Shown here: positions 35,401-47,400 of the stretch, one piece after another | Position numbering within the stretch: the stretch's first letter is position 1 | How the letters are laid out: every line of letters starts with the position of its first letter | NCBI GenBank assembly: GCA_035084275.1 | Contig: CM068746.1 | Coordinates: 41,602,001 to 41,666,000 of the forward strand | From: Hydrolagus colliei | Taxonomy: Eukaryota | DNA: 64,000 nucleotides | Direction of reading: 5' to 3' | The notes under the pieces: model-generated | Database searches by the model: none | What the model was told of the DNA's origin: nothing | What the model saw: the letters and a program-made list of their open reading frames with translations, nothing else | Position numbers and translations under genes: made by a program

Positions 35401-38400
35401 CAGAAGAGACGAACAATGAAAACATACCAGTGGTATCCATGAGCCCACAAACTATTCAGATGGAGAAACTGATTCGAGTGAATTTGGGAGTGCACAGATG
35501 CTCAGTGCCGTGTTGCTCAATGGTGGGTCTGAACACCGTTTCCCGAGAATTGTAAATGAGATGATATCCCCTGTATTGAATTATGTAAAATAACAGTTTG
35601 GCTGCAGTAAGCTGCGGGCTGTAAAACAATCTTGGGAGCGCTGGGTGGTTTACATAAACTGCTTGAACTTGTGGTTTGGGCTGTCGGCTCAATGCTTTTA
35701 ACACAGTCCAGTCCCACAATGTTCCATACAATCAATGAGAAGTTGTAATTGAGTGAAAAAACAATTGGCCATTCGTCTTGGCAGGCCTGTTGGCAAAGAT
35801 ATGGCATGGCCTTGTGTGCCCGAATGTTGGCGTGTCTTCTGCAGTAAGCCTGATAGCTATAAGAGTAATGAAACACTGGCTTTTAGTTTTAATTATCAGA
35901 TCTACACTTGACATCTGTATTGGCTTAAAAAATAAAATTTTTGCTTGTACCACTTCCTTTCTAACTGTGCGTTCAGCATCTTTCAAGGTTGATTTGATGC
36001 CAAACGAGCCTTCAAGATATATATATATTATTTTTTAACAAGCCATTTCCTCCACCAAAGCCACAGTGCACATAATGTTAAAGCAATTGGCAGTGCGGAT
36101 GATGCGCTTTTTATGTTGTGAGGAATTAGAATCAGATAGCAGCTACGCTCTAGGTTGGGTGCCGCCGCCTCGAGCCCTTGCAGCCAAAGCTCTGAATTCC
36201 CAACTGTTTTAATAAGTTGTGGATGCTAAGCAGGAGGAATTCTTAGGGCAACAAAGCACTTCTATGAGCAACATTTACAACTTGATGTCAGATTTATATT
36301 GCAGGTTTATGTCTCAGATTGCTTTGCAGTGACAGGGTTAGATGTTGCAGCAGGGTTGTGGGGGGGTGATCAAAGGTGTGGAGTCCTTTCCTAGCATATT
36401 GGTTAGAGGACTTGCCTCACCATTCGAAAGGACCAGGGTTTGATTCTCAGACAGGGCGAAACCTTACCAACAACAACAACAACAACAATTTACATTTATA
36501 TAGCGCCTTTCACGTCGGGAGGACGTCCCAAGGCGCTAAACAAGAGGCGTGTGACCCGAGCTGGGAGGGGAGTGTTTGGGAAGGGGTGAAACACGAAGGG
36601 GAGGTAAAAGAGTTCGGGGTGGAACAAAAGGCACGATCGAAGAGGAAAGTCTTCAAATCGGCCTTGAAAGAGGAAAGGGAAGAGGCGAAACGGAGGGATT
36701 GAGGGATGGCATTCCATAGGGTGGGAGCGGAGAAACTGAAGGCCCGGCCTCCGATGGTGGGGGGGTTCGGGCGGGGGGCTTGGAGCAGGCCAAGTCCTGT
36801 TCAACGGAGGGTCCGGGTGGGCGTGTAGGGGGAGAGTAGATCGGTTAGGTCGGATGGGGCAAGTTTCCTTACTGCATATAGCTCTCTTTACCTAGCAGTA
36901 TGTAATCACCAAGATGTTAGTTAATTGGCAGACCACTTTTCCGTGAGTAATAATACCTTTAAAAAAATGAATCAATCCACGACTGATTGTGGGCTATCGC
37001 TGTGCGCAAATGGCTGCCGCGTTTCGCCCGTAACATATACAGTCAATTGACTTAACAGTACATTCTGTGAAGAGCTTTGAGAAGTCTCAACGATGTGATA
37101 AGGCGCTATATCAAGTGCAAGGATTATTGTTATTTAGTAAAGATGAAGGGCAGAGAGAGGCAGTTCCAAAGGTTAGGAATGTAGAATCTCAAGACTCGGC
37201 CAATGATCATGGTTGTGTGTTGAGCCCAGGTTAGCCGTTTGGAGGGGAACTGACGTGACAGGCTTGCGAAGTTTTAGAAAATAATTATTCTGAGGTAGTT
37301 TATGCTTTTCAAACCGCTTGTGCCTAATGCTTTTCTTAAAAAATTAATTTTTCGGTGCCTCCGGTGTTTTACAGATAAAAGATCTGCCGAAGTTTTAACA
37401 GAGAAATCTGGTACGGTTTACTGGGAATATAAAAAAACAAATAAATGATTCTCTGGAGTGTTTTGCAGATCATGTGTTATGATGAACGTTGTATTGACAG
37501 CTGTTGCTCCACATGTGTTTAGCTTGGTAGTGTCATGGAAACACTTGTGTTATCCAGTGCAAGTCTCTCGGGGACTTTGTTTTAAGAAACCAAATCAGAA
37601 GAAATGAATGAACAAACGGTGATGCCTGTCGCTATTTCAAGTAGTTTTCTTTCTTTGATTGCAATAAAGTTGTTGTACCATGTACTGTTGTAGCAGAGAA
37701 CTTCAAGCTAATTCCTCCACCCCACCCCCACCCCCCCCCACCCCCACCACCCAAAAACACATTGTCTTTCTTCCTCTTCTCAATTTCCTGAAGGCACTGA
37801 TCCATGCTCGGGTACAGTTAACAGCTGTTTAACGTGGGAGTAGCACGTGCAACACCCTTTGCCTTCGGCAGCTCACCCAAGTGGCCAAACGTAACCTGTC
37901 ATTCCCTATGGTGAGCTTTGGCTTCAGGCACGTTTTCAAGGTTGATCTTCTCATTCTCCAGTAACGGCATTGGAGAGGAAATCTCCTCAGTCCAGTGCGC
38001 TCAGGCCATTTTACAGCACTTTATCTGAGATCAGTTGAATTTGCGTGGACTGATTAACTCTTCCGGTCCGCATGGCTTAGTTGCATAATAGCGAGTGTAC
38101 TTAACCGACTGAGTTATCAGGGAAGCTGTCTTTGACACTCTTAAACATATATTGCTTTGCACACTTAGCTGCCATGTTTTACCCGCAAATATGTAAGTCA
38201 ATTCACTTTATAGTATATTTCTAAGAGGTCTCAAAGATGGGATAAAGTCCTGTATCAATTGCACGGATTATTATTACTGTGTTAGAAACAGTATTGACGA
38301 GAATAGTTCTGGGTTTTTTTTAATGTCCTGAATTGCAGCGCAATGGACATCTACACACACCTCTACATTCAAATATGCGCGTACACAGATACACAAACGA

Positions 38401-41400
38401 GTAGATACACACCTTAGGGTGTGTGTGTGTGTGCTTGCAGAGAATGCCAAACAAGTCCCACACTGCCTTGATTATAACCATTCTTGATGGCCTTACCTTT
38501 AGCTATTATACCACCATGCATCTATTGGTTGGGGTGACCTTGGGACCACCTCACTGTTCAACAATTTTCCTGTGCGTATGTAAGACGTACAGCATCCTGG
38601 TTTGTTCGATTTGTTAGGCACCAGAACTTGTGAGTGGTCTGACTCCTGGTGGGCTTTCACAATGATTCAATGCTTTCAGGGACGTCCTCCCGATGTGAAA
38701 GAAGCTGTACAATTGCAATTTTTTTGTTGTTATCGATGCTTAAATAAACTCTGTGCAACTTCCTTAAGATTGGATGCGTCAAAGTCATTTTTTAAAATAT
38801 AACCTGTGAATCCAGAGGTATGACTTGTGAATTTTCCCAGACATCCAGTATGAAGGGTAATGATGTCATTGAAACTATTTCCTTAGCTGTAGCTGCTTTT
38901 GATCTTTTAAGTCCTTTAAGTCCTCACTTCAGCAGCTTGTATATTGGAAACCCAAAAGAGTTTAAAAAGGAGGCAGATAAGTGATTGAAAGCCTATACTG
39001 GTGGAGCATGATGGTATGATTAATTTCATCTCTCCTATATTTACTTATTTCTGAATGATATTTAAGTGAGCATTGTAATTTGTATTACATAATAATATAA
39101 TAATCCTTGCATTTGTTATAGCTCTTTTCACGTCTTCTGGACATCTCAAAACGCTTCACAGAATATACTGTAATGTATAATGGCAGTATATTTTGTGGTG
39201 AAACACAGTAGTAAATTGCACCCAACAATGTCCCACAGATAGTCATGGATTGAAGTGACCAATTTATTCTTGTTTTTTTTCTGAGGGGTTGGTTATTATC
39301 AGGCTTATGGAGTAAGGAAACTTGCCCAAGGTTTAGCTCTGCCGGGAATCAAACCCAGGTTTTTCGCTTACGAGGTGAGTGCTCTAACCACTGAGCTACA
39401 GGATTCCACATAAGACGAATCGTGGTGGGATACCACACCATGTGTCATTTGCGTTTGAGAAGCTGCTATGAAATTATAAACTAGAAAACAATAGTTTATT
39501 GCTCTGTGTTGTGGAATGTTGTGTAATTTTTGGAGTCACTAACCACTAGCATAGTGGTTAGTGCTTTCGCTTCATAGCGAGAGAACTGGGTTCAATGCCT
39601 ATTTTGGGCGATACCTTAGGTAAGTTTCCTTACTCCACATGTCTCTGTTTACCTAGCAGTAAGCAGGAACCTGGTTGTAATTGATTTCCGGATTGTTTTC
39701 CATGGATAATAAAGAATATATAATAATTTGATCATTAATTACCATGGCTATTTGTGGACAATTGGCTGCTGCGTTTTCGTCCACAGAATATACAGTGAAT
39801 TCACTTGATAGTATATTGTGTGAAGTATTGTGAGACGTCTCAATGTAAGTTTTATTATTTGCACTGATGCAAAACCTCTCATCCGCGATCTTCCAGCATC
39901 AGCGACTCCTTGACATGTTGGATGAAGAAAAAGTGACTTTGCAAGATAGTGTGAAGGAAGCCTTGGTGGAGCAAACAAAGCAACACAAGGTATGCGTTAA
40001 CACTTTACAAAAACTATTCTTTACTTACTGTATACCAGCTTTTATGTTTGACAACAACAACATTATATTTGTATAGCACCTTTCACGTGGGGGGGATGTC
40101 CCAAGAACATTACTTACCTAGAGTAATTGACTGTCTGATGCATTATTTACAGGAAATATTGGAAAAAGGTTTAGCTGAAGAGAGGCAACGAAGCAAAGAG
40201 ACCGTGGAAGCAACCATTAAGGTATTTTTTCTTTAATAAATGTTATTTATTTTCAGATTAACAAGCAAAATGCAACATATGTCCATCGGTATCAACATGG
40301 TGCTTGATGTCAGTGAGGTGAAACAATAAAATAAAAGGCACAACTTTTGACAATAAAACTTTACATTCTTGTCTTGAGCGCCCAACAGTCATCTTTTACC
40401 TCCCACCCCACCCCATCTCGGCTCCATCCCCAGTTTGGTTTCAAACCCAGGACTGTCCAGTGCCTTCAAACATGCTCTGCACATTTGTCATTGTCATTGT
40501 TCCTCACTAATTCCTTATCTTCCATCACTTCCTTCTTCTTGCCCTAAAACCCTCTCATTTGAGACAGTAATAAAAAAAAACAATGCAAATGAAAGAGTGA
40601 AATCCAGAAAATTATTTTATTTGAGCTCAGTATTTAGTTACTATATCTTATTAGTAATTGGAAGAGTATTTTGAGCCTCAGAAGACTATTAAAGCTTTTG
40701 TCTATTTAACATCATTGGATAGAAGGAATAAACCTTATCTGGCTTGTCAATTATCCAGCTCATAATCCAATGGATGATGTTCTCAGTACACAATACAAAG
40801 TTATAGTAATGATAATTCTTGCAATTGATATAGCGCCTTATCATTGAGATGTCTCAAAGTGGATTGACTGAAATGGGGGAGCTAATTGTGCATGGCAGTG
40901 TCCCTCAAACATTTGTGGATTGAGTGACACAATTATTTTTGAGGGAGGATTAACCTCGTTCTACTGGGTTCTTACTTACTGTTCGGTAAACAGAGGCGTG
41001 TGGAGGAAGGAAACTTACCTCAGGTTATGCCCCACCCAGAAATCAAACCCGGTTCCTCTCACTTGCGAGCCAAGTGTTCCAACTAGTGCACTACAGGAGT
41101 CCCTTTTGAAACAAAAGCTAGTGATATAATGACTTATAGACTCACGGAAATTTAAATGAATATTCCATGCACAGAGCAACAGTTAATGACTATCCTCCGC
41201 ACTTTGTTTTGTGTAATGGTGTTGCCGTCATGTTTGACGGATTACACAATTTGCTAATCCCTTGAAATTTTAGACCCTGTCAGTGGTTGCCAGTGGCAGC
41301 TATTTTCTCACCATCACATGCACAGTAATGTTTGCAATAAGAAAAGTTTGCATTATTGGCAAGGAAGGGACAACACAATTTTTGAAACATCGCTTTCCAG

Positions 41401-44400
41401 ATTTGTAATCTTATTCCTGTTGAAGTTGGCAGGCCAATTTAGTTTCTGAATGTACAACATTTGTTACTCTGATCTTTTATTTAGCATACGGTCATGAATT
41501 TTTATGCGGTATTATATTTGGTTTAAAGTATCTTTTGATAATTTTGTTTTACAAAAGTTCCTTTTGAACAATGCTCTGTTACTTAGGAAGAAAAGGAAAT
41601 CATTACGGAGGCTGTTTTGAAAGCCGTGCAGGAGGAGAGGGAAAGGATGGAAAAGATCCAGTCAGAGCAGAGAGAGTTATGGGAGGCTGAACGCCGGAAG
41701 GACCAAGAAAAATTGGACGCAGTGATCCAGCAAGCTTTGGCAGAGGAGAGGAGTCAAAGCCAGGTAAGCAGTAAATGGAGGCCAGAAACTTCAAATTTGA
41801 AATGAGAATCAGACTTGTTTTTAAATCAAAGGATCAATTGGAAGTTGCAAAAGGAAGATTTTTATTTTAAAATGTGACCTGGGGAGAGCAAGAATTTTGC
41901 GGTTGTCATGGAATGGAATGATTTGACATTGGTGGGTGTTGGACCAACTTGATTGGGTATTTAAAGAGTTGGAAAGGAACAAGAAAGGGTATGGGAGAAC
42001 ACGGGGAAAAAGCAGGGAATGAGGATTAAGATGGACGGTTCCTTGGAAGATCAAAGACCAATATGAAAAATTAGCCTATACAGCCTCTTGCTTTATCATA
42101 CCTAATTACAATTATTCTTCCATTTCATAGAGAATATTTGATTTTCACATTGTTGAAACATTTGCAAGTGCTTCACAATTTACTGCAAAAACATTTGCAA
42201 GTGTATAACAGGATTTACATAAAATGTAGTGACTTATGTATTTTTTAGGCACATGGCAGTGAATTTATTCACAAGTCATGAAGTGAATGATTTAATGGAA
42301 TTAGTGCTGTGGAATCTTTAATGTCAGTTTAATGTCACATCCAAAAGACAGCAGTTCGACAATACAGCACATCCCCAGCACTACTTTGGAGCACCAGTTT
42401 TGACAAGGATCCCCAAAATCCTTATGTGAGTGAGGCCTTCTGACTCAGAGGAAATAGTGCTTCTGGCTGAGCCTGGCTGACATTCCAGTGATTCTGTAAC
42501 TACATAGACCCTTTGGAAGTCAGAACATTAACGAGAATGTAGAAAAGGTAGACAAATGGTTAAAAGATCTACCACGATCGAATAACTGATACAACATGCT
42601 GAATTAGTTAAATGGCAGCCTCCTCTTGTTCCCACCATTACTGCAGGAGAAGTAATAATGATCCCTGCCTTTGATACAGTGTCTTATCAAGTCTTTGAAG
42701 CATCTCAAATTGCTTCATAGAATATACTGTGGTATGAATTGAATTTATATTTTTTGGGGTGAAATTCCTTTCTTGCTACTGGGCAGGAGTCACTTTGTTC
42801 CTATGATGAAATACCCGGAGGTGACCTTGCCACGTGGAATTAACACTTTTGTAAGTGCAGGGTAGGAAATTAGCATTTTGTATTTGAATTTTCAATCTTT
42901 CCTGTTGTCCATCCTTGCATCGGTGGCTGAGCTTTTCTTCATTGTGCTCTCACTCTGGAACTCCATCCTAGAGTTCCTTTACTTTGGCCCACTTCCTCCC
43001 TACCTTCAAAACCCCATTTTAAGACCCATCTCTTGACTGTATTTGTGTCTACCTTTCCTCTCTTCAACTCCTTGCCATGTTTGGGTTCTGTCAGTTGTAT
43101 GAAGTGCATTGCATCATCCTCCCAACATGAAAGGAGGTATACAGTATGGAACAAAAACAGAAATTGCTGGGAAGACTTAGCAGGTTAGGCAGCATCTAAG
43201 GAGAAAGTGAATCAACATTTCGGGGCTACGACCCTTCATCATAGAATCATAGAATCATAGAATCATAGAATCATAGAATTTTACGGCACAAAAGGAGGCC
43301 ATTCGGCCCATCTAGTCTGTGCCGGCTCTTTGAAAAGAGCGATTCAATCCCATTGCCCTGCCCGCTCCCCATAGCCTAATAGACCCGTTCTTCCTAAATA
43401 AAGATCTAATTCCCTTTTAAAAGTTGTTATCGAATCAGCCTCCACCACCTTTTCAGGCAATGCATTCCAGATTCGAACAACTCGCTGAGTGAAAAAATTT
43501 CTCCTCAGCTCCCCTCTACTGCGCCTTGAAACTATTTTAAATCTGTGACCACGAGTCACAGATTCACCCACGAGTGGAAATAGTTTTTCTGGAATTGAAT
43601 CACATGTAAATCATTTTTTTCCTTGACTCTCCTTTAGTTGCTTTGCTTTTGCTGTTATCTTACGTGTGTGCCTAGATGGATTTGTTGAACATTCATGGCC
43701 TCCTTTTTGTCTCCCCGTTAGGAAGCCACAAGGGAGGCGATAAGGCAGGAAAGGCGAAATAATGAGAATGCGATACAAGAGGCCGTTCAGAAAGCTAGAG
43801 AGGATCTGCTGGAATATACCAAAGAGCAGAAGAGAGTAAGTGAATAAATTGGCAAATATTTCACTCACCAGGTGTGCATTTGGATTAATGACTTTGTTCT
43901 GCCTTAGACAGTCCTATTTAATTTATTTGAACATTTTTAACATATCATTCAAGTTACGAGGTATATTTTTGAGTTGCCGCACAAGGCAAAAACATTTGCA
44001 CGCCCTGGACGTGTGTCAAGGGCAGAATGTTTTGCCAGGCGTCTGATATTTTCTTTCCCTTCCCCACCAAACTGAAGAGCTTGTTGAAAACTCAGTGATT
44101 ACAAATCCAAGGGGCAAACAACATTCCAGAGAGGCAGCAGGCTAACTGCAACACCCCCTTCCGAATCATTAAACACTGTGAAGACTTAAATGGCATATTG
44201 GGACTAGCAGATATTTGCAACCACTTAAGCCCTTACCTTAAGTCATGTCAGCTCCAGAAGTCTTCTGTGCTCTGTGACTCTTGAGTTGGATTAAAAAACT
44301 ACAAGTGTTGTTCATTGTCAGTGATGTTGAATTCCTCAAGTTACCTGGTGTGTGAAAGGTGCAATAGTCCAACTCCCACTCTTCCCTTCTCTCTGTCTCT

Positions 44401-47400
44401 CCATTGCCAAATCTCTCTCTAGCGTTTTGTTCTCTGCTTATCCCTTCTTTTCCAATGAGATAAGATTTTTTTTTCTACTGCGTTCCACAAACCAGCAATA
44501 CGGCCTTGCCCCCCACCCTACCTCTGCGGTCTCCTGTAATTTTGTTGTTGTTATTCTAAGCATTGTGACTGACTATACTTCTAATATGATTCAGCGCCTT
44601 GTGACCCCTCCCCACATGAAAGACGCTATACAAATGTAATGATGTATTGAATCGCAATCATTCAGCCATTCTCAGAACAGGATGCAGTGTCTATCCCCCT
44701 GGTTAGGCATGTTTTAAGTTGTCCAGGAAGGCTTTTGTGCCATGGAACACAGCTTCAGACAGCAGTCTGGGGCAAGTGATTATCACTGCTTTTACTGCAC
44801 CACTAGTCACTTTTTTTCTTTCTGTCTGATCTTTGACAAACAGCCCCCAAAAAAACGACATTACATTGTCTGCAGAATAGAATAATATTGATGCTTCAGC
44901 GAAAAAGCCTTGTTGGAAGTTTGAGGTGATGATTTTTATGAGTTGTATTTTCACCTGAAAAGCTCTGGTTAGCAATTTTTGGATAGAGGGAGCGAGGGTT
45001 CTAAGATGCACATAGGAAGTATTGATGGCTAGAAAATCCTCAAGGCATTAAGGGTCAAGCTCATGGTCTCAAACGTTTTATAGTCTCATTGGTTTTAACG
45101 ACTTTTAAAATTGGCATAAATTGCTTTCAAATTAAGATCAAGACAGGCATATTCCACCTGGGTCTAGATTTACACCGTTTGTGTTGCATTTACTATTTCA
45201 GGAGTTGAGAATTTTGACAAATTTTCAAGGTCAGCCTTAATTTTCAAGTTTATTGTTTTCATTAAGTTTACTTTAAGAATAGCAAATAGTTGCATTTGAA
45301 TCCAATCATTTTAAAAATTCTAGATATTTTAAAATCCTGCATAAAAAGAGTACATATAGATCTGGAAGACATGAAAAACGATATATCAAATGCAAGTGTT
45401 ATTATTAGAAAAATCTAAAAAACCCACATAATTCTAATTGCCAGTGTAGGCTAACTTTGGGAAATTATGTACATGTGCAGAGCTGCACTTAGAGACTGAG
45501 CTAGAACACTTGATTATTTAGTTTTAATAAATTCTGAACCACAGTTACCAGCAGAGATCCACAAAGAAGCAAAGTCTACAATTTCAGATGTGAACATGTC
45601 ACTCATTTACCAGTTTTCTTTGAGATTGCAGCGCTGTGTGTTATTAACCTCTACAAACAAGAAGCGCAATGCATTTTCTGAAAGAATAAAGTCAGAGGTT
45701 GAAACTGATGTAACTGATTTGGTTTGAAGCTTGTAATCGCTGTTGTTTTATAAATAGAATAAAGTGGGATGCTCTAAATTGGAATCTACTTTCTGACTTG
45801 AAAACATGTTAACCTTTAAGCAGTCATTATGATGTCCCCCAAGGGTTAATTGTGCTTCAAAATAGTCATAATTGTAGCCAAAGAACAAACCCCATTGGAA
45901 ATAGAATTTAATTAAACTGCAGCCTCACAGTAGTTCTTAATTTCTCTTGCTGTCTGAATCCTTAAAACACTGATGGTTTTAATAGTGAATTTTGTCTTGA
46001 TGCATTGGCCTCAAAACAACAGACTGTACCAAGGAATAATTAAATTCTAACATCCTTTCATTTTCCACTTTGTTGATGTAGGGTTTTTATTAATTGTGCA
46101 GTGAAGTTCAGTCTAGTTTAAACCAGATTGACCCAAGTCCAACTACATAAACTACATACTGCTAATGCTAATGTCATTATTCATGAGTTCCAAATTTAAT
46201 ATCAAAGAAAAACCTCTATTGTCTTCACATTACATAACATTTGAGACATTTGCTCCTGTTATTAACTCCCGCACGGTTTACAAACAGGAACCAACTCCAG
46301 CCCTGCTACACAGATCTGGCCCTCAGATTTACCAGGTCTTATCCTTCCTTGTCTGAAATTGACTCTCCTCTTCAGACCATTTATAAATTGTGCTGAGAAA
46401 AGAGCACCTTTTTTAAAGCGCTTGTGTACATATTAGTAACATTGTACAGTAAAGGCCTGTTTATCCAGCACCCGATCAACCGTAACTTCCATATAACCGG
46501 CATTGCAAAAAAAAAGGTCCGCATTCGATTAACCGGAATTTATCCGGAAAAATGCATTTAAATTTTTTTTTAGCGTTTTCGGCCGAATATCCAGCACACG
46601 CTTTAACCAGCATTGGCCAGGTCCTGAGGGTACCGGACACACGGGCTTTAACTGTACTTGTGTGGAACATGTTGAGTGCGCATGGATTTTTTTTATGCCT
46701 CTTTTAACCTTGATATTGAAAAGTCTGATCCAAAAACAGCTGAGCAGGAGTTTGGGCTATTGCAGGATATCGGCAAACAATCAACTGGCCTGACTTTGCA
46801 CTGCACAGAGCTTAGTATTTTGAGCTTGGCAACGCTCTGGTTTCCTCACATCTCATCTGAACAAGATGGGTTTTCTTTATTTAGAACAGTATAACTTTGC
46901 ATTGGTTATCCCAGCAAACATGAGCCCAAACCAAGTTTGTTCCATGTTTCTTTTGCCAATATTAATAGTGTTCGATTCCCCATGATATACTTTTCCACAT
47001 TCAATTTTGGTCAAATGTTTAATCTTCATCTATCTGCATGGCTTTTCTAGACAATTTGTCTTCGACTATAATGTAGTTTGGATGTTCTGTTTTTATGAAG
47101 GGCATAAGAATGCATGGAATAATAAAAAGATATTTTGCTCGTCAAGTCCAGTCACTTACACATATTATCCAAAGCTGCTGTGGCTTAGTGGTCAGAGCAC
47201 TTGTCTTGCAAGCTGGGAGACCAAACTGGGGAGACCTGTGTTCAAATTCAGGCAGGTCAGAGTGAGGTCAGAGTGAAACCTTGGGCAAGTTTCCTTACTC
47301 CACACGCCTAATAATAATCCCTCCCAAAAACCACAATAAGAAAATTGGTCATTTCAATCCACGACTGTGTGTGGGACACTGCTGTGCGCAATTGGCTGCC

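Noticed and set aside
40222-40230. U12-type donor (GTATTTTT)
   Set aside because: It lacks the GTATCCTT consensus, and no TCCTTAAC branch site is seen before exon 10.
42157-42203. 15-nt direct repeat AAACATTTGCAAGTG
   Set aside because: A local duplication at the tail of a decayed SINE.
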